A stretch of 64,000 nucleotides of DNA from Octopus sinensis (GCF_006345805.1 NC_043000.1:111848001-111912000); one strand, 5' to 3'; positions 47,902 to 63,751 are shown, counted from the stretch's first letter. Program-made: numbers and translations. Notes: generated from the letters alone by a model not told the origin.

Positions 47902-48822
47902 CAAGCATGACTTATTTAAATGTTATTAAAATCATTTTTTATTATTTTCTTTCATTTTTGCTATTATTTACTGATTTTTAAAAATTGTTCTTTTGTTAAC
48001 CCTTCCAAGTTATCTTTTCAATTACTCAAAACTCTGCCATGGGGCCCTAAACAACGTCCAATGCATTTTTTTTTTTTTTGTATTTCCACCAAAGACACTA
48101 CACAAACACTGCACAAGCATGGTCATTTGGTTAAGAAGTTTGCTTCCCAACAATGTGGTTTTAGGTTCAGTCCTACAGCACAACACTTGAATCAAACATT
48201 ACATTAGGAAGGAAATTTTTACCAAGAGAAAACTGAATGAAACCCCATCAAAGGGATTTTTATGTATGTGAGTGGTAGAGTCAGTCCATCATCTGGTCCA
48301 CAGTATCCCGACCTTTTCTGCCTCGAGGCATTATGGTTGATGAAATAAAATACCAGTTAAACTCCAGGGTCAGTGTTATCAACCCGCCTTTAAAACTGCT
48401 GGCATTGTGCCAAAATTTGAAACCAATATGATTGGTAACCAGTTGATAGAAATGGTAAAACACCTAAGTTTCTAACTCTATTTAGTTTTGTTCAAGCCCA
48501 ACATGGGATTGTTAAACCATTTCTTTCTGTGGAATGGAGCAAAAAAAGTATCAGCTGTGCAGAAAGGAATTGCTTCAGTCCCTTCTACACCTGCTCACCT
48601 TCAAAGGTTGTCCTCATATCCAATCAAAAGAAATTTGTTATTGTTATTAGGGTGGTAGATGAATAGAAACATTAGCATAGGGGACGAAAATGCTTAGCAG
48701 CATTCCATTTGTCTTTCATTCTCTTGGGGGTCAATAAAATAAGTACAAGTTGAAAACTGGGGTCAATGTAATTGACTTAACTCCTCCCCCAAAGCACTAA
48801 CCTTTTACCAAAATTTGAAACC

Positions 48823-48866
<44 letters not shown>

Positions 48867-49379
48867 GGCAGTGAGCTGGCAGAGTTGTTAGCATACCAGG
48901 CAAACTGCTTAATGGTATTTCGTCCGTCCTGACATTCTGAGTTCATATTCTGCTGAGGTCAGCTTTGCCTTTCATCCTTTCGGGGTTGGTAAAATAAGTA
49001 CCCCCTACCCCAAAATTTCAGGCTTTGTGCCTTTAGTAGAAAGGATTATTATTATTATTTGGGTGAGAGATGGATAGAATCATCAGCCTATTAGACAAAA
49101 TACTTAGCACGGTTTCTTTCATTTATTTTATGTTTCTGAGGTCAAATTCTGTTGATGGCAACTTTGCCTGGCATCCTTTTGAGGTTAATGAAATAAAAAT
49201 AATAGTTATTAAACTTCCTTTCTGTTTTTAGTCCAACAATGAAACATTTGTTTAGTTTCACAATGAACTCTCTGTTTCATTTTCACAATAAAATTAAACA
49301 TAATTCCCATCATACTTCTTCCTCCTCCACCTCTTCCTTTTGGTTTGTTTTTTGTATTTATTAAGTTTAATCTTCTACA

Positions 49380-49424
<45 letters not shown>

Positions 49425-49425
<1 letters not shown>

Positions 49426-49725
49426 GGGGCACAATGGCCCAGTGGTTAGGGCAGCGGACTCACGGTCATAGGATCCCAGTTTTGATTCCCTGACCGGGTG
49501 TTGTGAGTGTTTATTGAACGAAAACACCTAAAGCTCCACGAGACTCTGGCATGGGTGGTGGTGATCCCTGTTGCACTCTTTTGCCACAACTTTCTCTCAC
49601 TCTTTCTTCTGTTGGCCTACTTGCTTAGACAGTGGGGTGGCGTCATTTGAAGGCTAAACCAATGCAAAGTGCATTGTGACCAGCGATGTGTAGCAACATC
49701 TGATAGCCTGGTCGGTCACAGTGAT
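49425..49725 (+). mobile_element. tRNA-derived SINE family D, tail type 2
   Basis: Same head and body as 9177, unrelated 3' ~110 bp. Confidence 0.75.
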
Positions 49726-52026
49726 GTATATATATATGTATATACATACTTACCCACACAAGTTGATGCATATAAAACTTGCTGAGGGCGATTTCAATAT
49801 AAGGAAGATTCAAGTTGTTTGCGAGCAACTGAATTATCTGCTCTTGAATTAATGTGTAAGTGGCTGAGTATTCCACAGACACATGTACCCTTAATGAAAT
49901 TCTCTGGCAGAATCAGTCTGAGACAGTACTTTTGGATCATAAATACAATCCACTCGACAGGCTTCCATACAGTTTCCATTTACCTAATTTCACTTACAAG
50001 GTAAGGAGTGACCCCCGACTGTAGAAACTTTTTGTTCAAGATGAGCCACAAAGGGATCAAACTTCTTAACCATTCAGACATAATCCACTTCTTATGTGTT
50101 TCTCTGTATATATATATGTATATGTTTGTGTGTGCGTGTGTTAGTATATATAGTATTTGTTTATGTCTCTTAATTTGGCAATATATATCTGTGTGTGTGT
50201 GTGTGTGTGTGTGGATTGTGATGACTATGTATATGTCGTTTTTATTTTATGTCCATTCAACCATGCTGGCATGGCTGGATGGATAATCCTGGTCAATTCA
50301 ATTCCCATTCAGAGTTCTGACCCTCACTGACCAATTGAAGGAGTACATCTCACTCAGAGGTTTCGGTTTGGTTTCTGCAACTAAATATCCCTTCTTATAC
50401 CAACCTATTTACAAAGTGTACCAAGTGCCTTTTATCTAGGCATCAGTGTTAATGAAGTCCCCTTGTAATTTGAAAAGCCCCCATGACTCTGAGAGTGAAA
50501 GTAAAAAGAAAGTCATAATGACATGTTGAGCTAAAGGTGAGGTGTTAAAACAAGGTGTTAGCTGGTATTTCCCTACAACACCTTTTCACTATTTTCCAAG
50601 AATTTGGTTGCATCAGTCAACAGCAGACTTTTGCAGTTGTGGCTTCTCCAATTACTAAGAAATTCCATTGGAAAAATCAATTCAGTTTAATTCTTGGCAT
50701 GAAACCATGGCAAGGAAGTAACTAGAGACACATAAAAATATGCTATGTTCTATGAAAATTTCTGTGGCTGTATATTGAGTAATTTTGTGTCTGATGCAGA
50801 GAAAAGCCTCACTGACCATAGTTTTTACTCATAAGAGAGGAATCTGAGATGTCCAAAGAACAGTCAGGCGGTTAGTTCTCTCTTGTGTTATATTATTGTA
50901 TGTATGCATATATGTATATAATATGCATATGACAAGTATATTCTGTGCATGTACCTATGCATCATAGTCAATGATGTAACCAAAAATGAATTATGAAACA
51001 GCTGTAACCATATAGAATTTAAATCTTATTTTGCTTCTCACCTGTCCTGGATTTCAATGACCATATATATATATGTTGTTGTGTAAGAAGCTTGCTTTCC
51101 AACCACATGGTTCCAGGTTCAGTCCCAGTGTGTGACACCTTGGGCAAGTGTCTTCTACTGTGGATCCAGGCTGACTAATGCCTTGTGAGTGGATTTGGTA
51201 CACAGAAGCTGAAAGAAGACCATCGTGTTTATGTATATACAATGTGTGCGTGTCTGTGTTTGTCCCCCACCACTGCTTGATAACCGGTGTTGGTGTGTTT
51301 ACATCCCCATAACTTAACGACTTGGCAAAAAAGACTGATAGAATAAGTACAAGGATTAAAGAAGAAAATAGTTACTGGGGGTCAATTCATTTGGCTAAAA
51401 ATTTCTTCAAAGCAGTGCCCCAGCATGGCCACAGTGTAATGACTGAAACAAGATGAAAGATAAAACGAAAGATACATACATGCATATATATACACACATA
51501 CACACACACATACACAAACATAGTAGGTACCGACATAGTCGTTTGCTTTGAAAATTCCCTTTGCAACCCTATGGTTTTGTGTTTCAGTCCCACTGCAAGA
51601 CACCTTCGGGGAGTGCCTTCTACTATAGCCACAGACCATGAGATGCAATTTGGTGTCCAGAAACTGCAGGGAGTCTGTTGTGTGTGTGTGTGTGTATGCA
51701 ATTTTATATCACACACTTGTCCCTACTTGAGTGAAGTAGCATTGGTGCTGACATTCCCTCTTGTCATTCTGTCATGTCATTTGTACTTTTGAAAACATCT
51801 GGAATTAAGAAACGTCTGTGTGTATGAATGTATGTATGTGTATGTGTGTGTGTGTGTGTGTGTGTATAAAAAGAATATGAGGACTTTAGTTCATTTGTGA
51901 TCTAAATGAATAAGTATGCTGGGTAAGTGCTATAGTTGGTCAACCATTAGGTTCCAAGATCACAGCTAAGGCTGGATCTAGGGATCCATATTAGGATTTC
52001 GTTATTGTAATTATATATCATATTAG

Positions 52027-52155
52027 AGGAAAAATCAAAAGCCAAGGCAGAACGAGTATCTCAAGTCATTTAGAATAATCTAATTCACCTTACTCTAATT
52101 AAATTATTCTAAATGACTTGAGATACACATTCTGCCTTGGCTTTTGATTTTTCCT
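52027..52155. repeat. 53-bp inverted repeat with 23-nt spacer
   Basis: Arms 52027-52079 and 52103-52155, 51/53 match, AT-rich flanks. Confidence 0.9.
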
Positions 52156-55100
52156 ATCATATAATATAATATTTTATATATCTACATCTTCATATATATA
52201 TATGTAAACATAAAATCTATAATCGTTAGTCTAACAAAGTAGAATTTGTTCTCAAAGAGCTAAAGAGGGCATCCAAATTTAAGAACAGTTTCTCCTGCTA
52301 AATACTATGCCCAGCATCAAAGAATGAAAACCAACGGTTTTAACGTGATATAAGCATTAGCTGTATAAACGTGTGTGTGTGTGTGTGTGTGTCTCTATAC
52401 ATGTAAACACACACACACACAAGTGTGGATATTGGCAAGGAATTGCTAATAAGTCATTTCATTGAAAAAAATCCTTTGTGAAATATGTCCATTTATAGCA
52501 AGGAGGAGAGATATAAAATAAGTCCTTTTATGACTGCAACGGAAAAGCATAAAGCTATAAAAACTGAATAAAATTTAAAATATATATTGCATTGTACACA
52601 CACACACTTTTTATTATACACACAGAAATATAATGACAGATACATATATATCTATATATCTATATATATATATATATATATATATGTATAGATTTACACC
52701 CATATATTTGTACATAGCACAATATACACTTGAACACATGATTTTATATAAACACTCACTTGGATACATTTATTTGTTGTATCAATTTTGTAAATAAATA
52801 AATAAATCTATTTTGCTTCTAATCTGACCTTTGTTGGTTTTTGACAACTGACCTCTGATGTCATCTGTTACTATCAGCAACAAACCGGTTCATTTTCTTG
52901 AATGTGATAGCCCTCTCTACCAAAATGCAGTAACTACCTCCAAACCATTGTACATATTCTTGATAGCAGAAGTTTCAGAAGAAATTTCTTGAAAACAAAC
53001 CAAAATTTAAATTTAAAAAAAAAAAAACCAAAAAAATAAAATAAAATATAAAGAATGAATGCAAAAGAAAAACAAACCTAGAGTAAACAACAAAATTATT
53101 GCAATAAACACAAAGAAATATAAACACAAAGAAATCTACCAGTAAAATTCTAAAAGATGGAAGTATCATTTATAAATTTATAATAAAATAAATTTTGATT
53201 TTTTTTTCTAATGAAATAAAAATGTTTTTAATAAAAAATATTGTCATAATTTTATGACATTTGATTTCATTAAATTGAGAAGGAACCAAAGCAATGTCCC
53301 ATAGTTTTTTGTTTTTTTTTAATGTTTTGTTGAGTCAGGGAGAGCAGTATGGCTTGGTACAACTGATATTTTCTTCGAGCTTCTACCCCCACCTCTCATA
53401 CAACCCAGCCTAATCTTACCGTATGTTTTTATCTAATCACTCCACATGGCCACACTAAATCCTCTATCTACCCTCATCACCATCATAATTGTTCAATGTC
53501 CATTATTTCCCTGATGGCATGGGGCGAATGGTTTGACAGGAACCAGCAAGCAGAGTGCTGCACCAGATTCCAATTGTCAGCTTTAGTATGGTTTCTATGA
53601 CTGGATACCCTTCCTTAATGCCAACCATTTTACAGGGTGTACCAGATGCTTTTTATGTGGCACTGACACAGATGGTTTTCACAAGGCACTGTGGCCATGC
53701 CCCACCCTTCACACAAACACACACATTACCTGACCTCTTTCAAAACTGCCCCATCTTCCCAACCCCTGCTGCAGGCCCCCTCGTCTGCCTGTCTACACAC
53801 TCTCCATGCCCTCCTGTTCTTCCTAACCCCACTCCCAGCCTATCAAATTTCCCTTATATATTACCAGCGTCACCTTACTGGCACCTGTGCCGATGGCATG
53901 TGTAAAAAGATTCAAGCGAGGTCATTGCCAGTACCGCCTGACTGACCCCCATGCCGGTGGCACGTAAAAAGCACCCACTGCACTCTCGAAGTGGTTGGCA
54001 TTAGGAAGGGCATCCAGCTGTAGAAACTCTGCCAGATCAAGATTGGAGCCTGGTGCAGCCTTCTGGTTTGCCAGCCCTCAGTCAAAATCGTCCAACCCAT
54101 GCTAGCATGGAAAGCGGACGTTAAACGATGATGATGATTATCACTCACTAAATTCTCCTTTCTTTCTGTTGTAGTCTTTCTGTTGTTAACCCCTCATTCT
54201 GTGTTTTCCTGGTTTCACACATTATCATATTTCATATCTATTGTCTCACAAAGTCTCCCTCATAAAAAGAGAATCCTGAAATCTTTAGTGGCACTCTTCT
54301 AAATGTCTTCTACCCTCCACACACCAACCAATCCCCCCACACACTTCATCCTTGTGCTTCTGGAGAGAGGAGAATTGAAGGAGGTGTGTGTGTATTATTA
54401 CTTGATTATAAACACCTTATGTGACCCTCAAATAGATCAAGGCCTACTATTGCACTATATTACTACCAATGCCTCTTGAATACCAACTACTTTGATTTCT
54501 GTCCATTTCCAAGACCTTCTATGGCACTTTTTTGCACTTGTATTTTTCTAATAGTTCATTCAGGGTCCAGTGTTGTGGACCCATGATCTTTGAATGCCCT
54601 GGTAAGATTGATACGGTTCATGTTCAATTTGAACATCTGCTGATTTATATAAACTATTTACTCAGTATAGAATCCCTGCCAAATAAACAAGGCCACTTTC
54701 TATGGATCATTTGATCCAAGCCGACTTCCTCAGGATTTGAACCTCTACATTTCTTCAGTAAATTCTGCAATAAGAACTACATTGTCAGCTTCTGTAAATC
54801 CTAGTAGACATCGAATTCACCCCTCTTTTGTAACTGGCTGAAAAACTGGAATTAAAATAAATGAGGGGACAAGCTGATGTCGGAACCTTGGAGAACACAT
54901 ATCTTAACTTTGCATTTTCTTTCTGGGGTCACCTATAACTCTTACTCAATTGTTAACCCTCTCTCTGATTCATAATTTCCTAAGACTCATGAATCCCTCA
55001 TAACTACATCTCTCTTCATCCACGAGGCTATATAGGATTTAGAATAATATGGATTCCTTAGTTGTACATATAACAGTTCAAATTCTGCTGGGGTCAACTT

Positions 55101-56144
55101 TGCTTTTATCCTTTCTGGGTCAATAAGAAAAAGTACCAATCCAGGATAATGAATTAACAGAACTGCTAGAAGATGGGACCAGGTACCTTGAGGTGTTTGG
55201 TCCAATTCTTTGAATACAAAATTTTTTTAAATCCCTCCATGACCTACACAACCGGTAAAATTAATCCACCTCCTGGCTTAACATCATCACCTGGCACCCT
55301 GGGTACATTTAGTGGAATCCACCCTGATGCAAGCATTTGGCTCATATCTCTAGTTTGAGGATAACTTCCCTACCCCCAACACATAGCAAAATATTTTGAA
55401 AAATGTCTTTGCTATGAAATCCTTTTGTTATTCTCTCAGCAAAAACATATAAATATATATAAATATATAAAACCTGTGGTTTTGCATCCAAGTATAAACA
55501 CATCCCTAGCCACAAGCATATGTCCATCCACCCACCCACCCACCCATCCATCCACCCATCCATCCATCCATACATGGTGGACTCTCCTGTCATACATGAC
55601 TGACGAGAGTTCTACGACTTCTTGCTGTACAGCCTGTACAAATGATTTGTTTTAAAGTGATCGAACATTTGTGAAGTGCACAGGCTCGCTCCCTTCAACA
55701 AATTGACATTACCTGTACAGGTGTGCCACATGGCAGGTGTCAAAGTGTTCACAGAGTAACATCAAAGGAAGTGTTTTGCCCACAAACACAACACACATCC
55801 TAGTCTGGGAAATGAAACCTTGATCTCGTTATCACGAGAGCATCACCCTCATCACTAGGTCATGTACCTTGACATACATACAAACATATATATATATATA
55901 AGTGGCCTTGTTTATTTGAGGGCAGTGACCTGGCAGAGTCGTTAGCACACCGGGCGAAATGCTTAGTGGTAATTCGTTTGCCGTTACATTCTGAGTTCAA
56001 ATTCCACTGAGGTCGACTGTGCCTTTCATCCTTTCGGAGTCGATTAAATAAATACCAGTTTCACACTGGGGTTGATGTAATCGACTTAATCCCTCTGTCT
56101 GTCCTTGTTTGTCCCCTTCTATGTTTAGCCCCCTGTGGGCAATA

Positions 56145-56188
<44 letters not shown>

Positions 56189-56637
56189 TTATCATCAACA
56201 TCTCCATCCTTTGTCCATGCTGGCATGGATTGGGTGCGTATTGTCCAACATTAAATCTTGCTATTTTATTGCCCCCCCATCTTTCATTAGCTTTGGGTTT
56301 CTAACATCAGCCTTGGTCACCTCTTTCCATGGCTTCCTCAGACTACATTTGCCACAGGTTCCTTCCACTTGTATCTTCTGCCACTTCTTTACAGAAAACC
56401 ATCTTCCATGTGCATTGCTTGCCGCCCGTATCAGAGCCGGATCCCTCTCTCTTGAACACTGCTCCTGATTCCTTCTCTATTCTCTAACTACTTTTTGTCT
56501 CTTCTGATTTGTGGTGGATCCATTATGAAACCTAGCAATATGTATATATATGTGTGTGTATATATATTTATGTGTGTATATATGTATGTATATGTATATA
56601 TATTATATATATATATATATATACACACACACATATA

Positions 56638-56678
<41 letters not shown>

Positions 56679-56830
56679 TATAAATATATATATAATATAT
56701 ATATATATTTACATATGTACATATATATATTTGTATATAACATATATACAACACATACATATGCATATACACACATACATATGCATATACACACATACAT
56801 ATATTATATATATGCACTTTATATATACAC

Positions 56831-56878
<48 letters not shown>

Positions 56879-57519
56879 AAGAGAGAGAGATGAACAATCC
56901 AGCCAGGAGCAAAACTCCTAATAGACTGTTGACTTTTCTTATGATACACACATTCAACACGTATGCACGCACACACACACACACACACACGCACACACAT
57001 ATATGTGTGTGTGTGTGTGTAACGGAACTCATACTCCTTACATGAACACCGTCAACAACCACACAACTCCATGCATTCACATCATTGACATACAAAAAAC
57101 ATTTTAAACTCTGAGCTTTCAAAATCACATAAACATACTGTATAAAATACATATAAATATATGCATATTAATATCTATATCTCTATACATACATATATTT
57201 ATATTTATATATTGACATTTGTACATATATATATACTTATATATGTATTTATATGCTTATATATATATATATTTATATACTTATATATATATTTATATAC
57301 TTATATATCCTCGTCTGGCACCTGTGTCGGTGGCACATAAAATCACCCACTACACTCTCGGAGTGGTTGGCGTTAGGAAGGGCATCCAGCTGTAGAGAAA
57401 CACTGCCAGATCTGACTGGCCTGGTGCAGCCTTCGGGCTCCCGGACCCAGTTGAACCGTCCAACCCATGCTAGCATGGAAAACGGACGCTAAATGATGAT
57501 GATTGATGATGATGATGAT

Positions 57520-57947
57520 GATATTTATACTTATATATATATATATACTTAGTATATATATATTATATATATATATTATATAATATATATATATATATAT
57601 GTATATATGTATATATATGTATATATGTATATATATATGTATATGTATTATTATATATGATATATGTATAATATATGTATATGTATATATATATATATTA
57701 TATATATATATATTGTAATGTATATATATATGTATATGTATATAGTATATAGAAATTCGGGGTGAGTACTTGATGTATATATATATGTATATATTATATA
57801 TAGTATATATAATATGATATTATATATATGTATATATATATGTATATATATATATATATGTCTATATACTATATATATGTATTATATATATGTGTGTGTA
57901 TGTATATATATATATATATATGTGTGTGTATTGTATATATCTATATA

Positions 57948-57978
<31 letters not shown>

Positions 57979-58105
57979 GATATGTATATAATATCTTATA
58001 TATATTTATATACTTATATATTTATATACTTATGTATATATTTATATACTTAAATATATTATATATGAATATATTATATACTATATATTTATATACTATA
58101 CTTAT

Positions 58106-58154
<49 letters not shown>

Positions 58155-58289
58155 CTATATATACTTATATATATATATATTATACTTATACTTATATATA
58201 ACACATATATTATATATATATGTATATATTATAATATATATATATATATATATATGTTATATATATATATATATGTAATATATATATGT

Positions 58290-58387
<98 letters not shown>

Positions 58388-58415
58388 TATATATATGTAT
58401 ATATATATATATAAT

Positions 58416-58455
<40 letters not shown>

Positions 58456-59359
58456 GTATATATGTATATATATATATATATTATATATATATATAGTATA
58501 TATATATGTATATATTATATGTATATATATATAATATTTATATACTTATATATATTTATATACTTATATATATTTATATACTTATATATATTATATACTT
58601 ATATATATATTTATATACATATATATTTATATACTTATATATATATTTATATGTATATATATATGTATATATTATATAGTATATATATATGTATATATAT
58701 ATATATATGTATATATATATGTAATATATATTATATTATATACTATATATATTTATATACTTATATATATTTATATACTTATATATATATTATATACTAT
58801 ATATATATTATATACTTATATATATATTATATACTTATATATATATTTATATACTTATATATATATTATATATATATATATTTATATACTTATATATATA
58901 TTTATATACTTATATATATATTTATATACTTATATATATTTATATACTATATATATATTTATAACTTATTCTATATATATTTATATACTTATATATATTT
59001 ATATACTTATATATATATTTATATACTTATATATATTTATATACTTATATATATTTATATACTTATATATATATTTATATACTTATATATATATGTATAT
59101 ACTTATATATATTTATATACTGATATATATATATATTTATATACTTATATATATATATACTTATATATATATTTTTATACTTATATATAATTATATACTT
59201 ATATATATATTTATATACTTATATATATTTATATACTTATATATATTTATATACTTATTATATATTTTTATACTTATATATATATTTATATACTTATATA
59301 TATTTATATACTTATATATATTTAAATACTTATATATTTATATACTTATACTTATATAT

Positions 59360-59405
<46 letters not shown>

Positions 59406-59540
59406 ATATTATATATATATATATATTATTTATATACTTATATATATATTTATATACTTATATGTATTTTATATACTTATACTTATATATAACATATATA
59501 TATATATATATATATAATATATATATATATATATTTAAAA
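57520..59540. repeat. Complex AT-rich microsatellite/minisatellite block
   Basis: (TA)n interspersed with tatatatttatatact-type higher-order units; explains the YI-repeat ORFs. Confidence 0.95.
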
Positions 59541-59585
59541 TGCAAAAGCAGAAACACATTGTTTTTTTGTCAATATGACTATATA

Positions 59586-59626
<41 letters not shown>

Positions 59627-60159
59627 TTGTTATTATTTTTATTAAATCTGTTTTTTCAATGTTGATGATGTTGTTATAAGTATGCTATATTATTATTATT
59701 ATATTATTATTATTATTATTATTATTATCATCATCATTCATGTCCTAGCTAATGTGATATGGTATGTTATAACCAATTATTGTTTTATTACTATTGACTT
59801 TGTTCTGAGTTCAAATTCCGCCAAGGTCGACATTGCCACTTTTATACTTTTGGGGCTCGATTAAATAAATAACAGCTGTGGAGCAACTCGGGTCAATATA
59901 ATCAACTTACCAACTGCCCCTATAATTGCCAGCCTTGTTACAGAATATGAAACCATTTAAGGTGGTGAACTGGCAGAATCGTTAGTGCACTCAACAAAAT
60001 GGTTAGTGGCATTTTGTCCAACTTCACGTTCTAAGTTCAAATTCTACCAAGGCTGGCTTTGCTTTTTGTCCTTTCAGGGTCAGTGAAATAACTATCTCTT
60101 AAGCACTGGAGTCGACAAGGCCCTCCCCCAAAATTTCAACCCTTGTGCCTTTAGTAAGA

Positions 60160-60256
60160 AGGATTATTATTATTATTATTAGTATTAATATTATCATTAA
60201 TATTATTATTAATTTTATTATTGTTATTATTATTATTATTATTATCATCATTATTA

Positions 60257-60311
<55 letters not shown>

Positions 60312-60360
60312 CATTATTATTAATAATAATTTTATTATTATTGTTGTTGTTGTTGTAGTC
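60160..60360. repeat. (ATT)n trinucleotide tract
   Basis: Directly visible. (GATA)n at about 60720-60850 and (GA)n at 62561-62648 also present. Confidence 0.95.
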
Positions 60361-60808
60361 GTTATCTATAAGTTTTCTGAAAGTCCAAGTCCACAACTCA
60401 GTCCATGTTGTTGTCGTTTGTCAACGTCCTTGTTTAAATAATGAACATCACAACATCCATTGTTTTCTCTTCTTTACTCAAAGATATTTTTTATTATTCA
60501 CTTTGTAATTTTTTTTAATGTTTTTATTTCTCTTTTGTTACAATAAAATTGAGAAAATTCTTATTGTGAACATTATTTTCAATTCAAACTGAGATTTTAT
60601 TAATGAATATTTGTTTTTAATTAATAAAACATTTTATTTTAAATTGATTATTTTTATTTGATTTCCTTTTCAATGTCATATATTTTGTTTATTTTTTTAA
60701 TCAATTGATAGATGGGTAGCTAGGTAACTAGCTTGATTGATGGATAGATAGATAGAGAGAGAGAGAGAGAAACAGATAGATAGATAGATAGATAGAGAAA
60801 TAGATAGG

Positions 60809-60840
<32 letters not shown>

Positions 60841-62558
60841 CAGATAGATAGATGAGGAAGCTTTCTTTATTGGCCACACAGGGCCAAACACAGAGAGGAC
60901 AAACACAAATGTAGAGCTTTTCTTTTCGAAAATGAAAAAGAAAAAGGGGGGAAATGAGAAAAAAAAAAGGTAAAATGTCAATCGAAAGGGATAGGGGGGA
61001 ACACAGATGGGACAAAATACAGACAGACAGGCAGGCAGACAAACAGATAGATAGAAAGAAACTATCAGACAGATAGAGTGAATATGATGCAACCTTTAGA
61101 ATATGCTTTAAACAGTTTTGTGAGATTATGCCATAGTTGCACATAATCCACTCACCAAATGCACAAACAGCAAACAATCAGCCCGAGTAAAATGGAAGTT
61201 CTAAACTCTTGTATTTTACTCAATGAGTAAATTACACAACTATGATGCAAGCTCACAAGACAGTGTATCCTATCCTGGTGATTGTATTATACAATAATAA
61301 ACACTAACAAACAGCTATTCAGAGGCTTCATCGCTTTCCTGTGAATGTTACACACATGTGCTAAATAAAGTGTATCCTATACAGTATAATACATAAGTCT
61401 ACATTGTTGTGATGTATTTATATTCAATAGTTTTTTATTGTAGTTTAAACAATAGTTTATTAGTATTACAGTGCTGTGTGGTAAAGTACTAATCAACATT
61501 ATACTCTATTGTAGAGATTTCTGGATTGTAGTTTAGAGTTCTTCTCTACTGTATTGTTTAATTGGAGTTCAGTCCTCTTGGATGAAGACATTGTTGGCCC
61601 TGGGCTCAACTGTCCGTAGAATTAATGTCTGCTGAAACAGATGAAAGACTGAGGAATGGAACAGATGTGCTAAGATGAGACAGGACTGTAAAAACTGCAA
61701 CAGATCATCATCATCGTTCAACGTCCGCTTTCCATGCTAGCATGGGTTGGACGTTTTTGACTGAAGGCTGGTGAACCAAATGGCTGCACCAGGCTCCAGT
61801 CTTGATCTGGCAGAGTTTCTACAGCTGGATGCCCTTCCTAATGCCAACCACTCCGAGAGTGTAGTGGGTGCTTTTTACATACCACTGGCATGGGGGCCAG
61901 TCAGGCGGTACTGGCAACGATCTCGCTCGAATCTTTTTACACATGCCAGTAAGGCGACGTTGGTAACAATCACGTTTGAATGGTGCCCTTTTATGTGCCA
62001 CTGGCACGGAAGCCAGTTGGCTGCTCTGGCAACGATCATGCTCGGATGGTGCTCTTTGCACCCTGCTAGCATGGACGCCAGTCATCGAATTTGATTTTGA
62101 TTTTGAAACAGATGAGTCATGGTTGGAATATATGTGTAAAGGTTGGAACAAGTGTGTAAAGGTAGAAACACAAGTGTAAAAACAAAAAGAGACATGTGTC
62201 TATAGATGGGGAAGGTCGTGTCAGTATAGAGGTAAGTATAACAAGGAGAGATGGGTAGAGATAGGGGACGGATTATTCTAATGACCAGGATAAATGTGTT
62301 GAGATAGAGATGTGATCGGAAAGAAATTGATGTGTGAATATTTGTGAAGATGTGTAAAGTGAGGAGAGAATGTATAGAATTATTTACAGGTGTGTAAAGA
62401 TAGGACCAAGCCCCAGCCATCACACACAAGTGAGTATGACCTGGTAGCATGTATCTTGCCTTCATTGAATGTTTTAGGTGCCTGTAGAGCCATGTGCAGA
62501 CACAGGCTCCCTCTTGGCTCTCCAGCTCTTGACCAGCAGAAAATCAAGATGGACTATT

Positions 62559-62624
<66 letters not shown>

Positions 62625-62782
62625 AAGAGAGAGAGAGAGAGAGAGAGCTGTAATAGCACCAGGCAGATACTCATTTCAACTGAGTAGACAGAAACAATGT
62701 GAAATGTCTTACTTAAGGGATACAAAACAATTCCCAATCCGGAATTTGAACCTGTACTCTCTCTCTCTCTCTCTCTCTCTCG

Positions 62783-62820
<38 letters not shown>

Positions 62821-62822
<2 letters not shown>

Positions 62823-63022
62823 AAATAAGCAACAAAGATACCCAAGGTAGTGTAGTACAATTGTTTCATTTTGATTACAATTGTACCACACTACCTTGGA
62901 TATCCTTGTTGCTTATTTTGATTATAATCACCCCATTTGATTTATATAGATAATATCATACAAAATTTTGGTGCCTTTAACTTAAGTACCATATTCATCT
63001 GAATCTAAATTTTGCTGAGCCT
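62821..63022 (+). mobile_element. Miniature inverted PLE-end insertion related to the 44-47 kb element
   Basis: 44-bp arms 62821-62864 / 62877-62920 (41/44). Tail shares TTATAATCACCCCA and tttggtgc...gtaccatattca with 47474-47550. (TA)n on both sides. Confidence 0.75.
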
Positions 63023-63122
63023 AAATATATATATATATAACTGTTCTTATCTTTGCATGAAATTTTGTAGTCTAGTATAGAGAGGTGTTATTTACTATTT
63101 TTTGTGTGTACCACACAAATGG

Positions 63123-63187
<65 letters not shown>

Positions 63188-63751
63188 CATTAATCAAATG
63201 AATTCAATGAGAATGCAATCTACTGAATTTCTAATAAGTGCTCTTGGTAGGGAAATGTCTGAAACATTAAAGGTAGTTTGACATTTAATAAGAGCGATTA
63301 TATATTATATTACAAAATAAGAGCAGGAAAATTACATCAAAAAATCATCACAGGAGATATACGTCCAAAATAATATTGTATTAATAGATAGACGTATAAA
63401 TATATAAAGTATGATTATTTAAAAAAGTTTTAAATATCATACGATAGTTTTGTGAATGTTTTACCTTTCGAAATGGAATCTAAAATTGATAATCATTATT
63501 TGGTAATACATCCACTCATCAGAGAGAAAGGGTGAATTGCCGTGTAGTCAATAGAATGCTATTTAAAAATTTATGAAAAGGATGTTGTTTAAGAAGTTAC
63601 TGGCATAGATGTGCATTGGTACAATCTTGTGTAAAGAATTTTGATGGAAGGAACAGTCCCAACATGCAACCCCCCCATTGTTTTCATGCTTTTGAATCTG
63701 CTTAGTGTTGAGACTTCACTCTGTTTTGAGTACTATGGTGACCTATCATAT

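Noticed and set aside
60099-60441. Poly-Ile / poly-Asn ORFs
   Set aside because: (ATT)n tract.
63455-63535. Minus-strand CTGATGAG...GAAA pair
   Set aside because: Stem II needs a 3-nt bulge next to the core, and stems I and III do not form.
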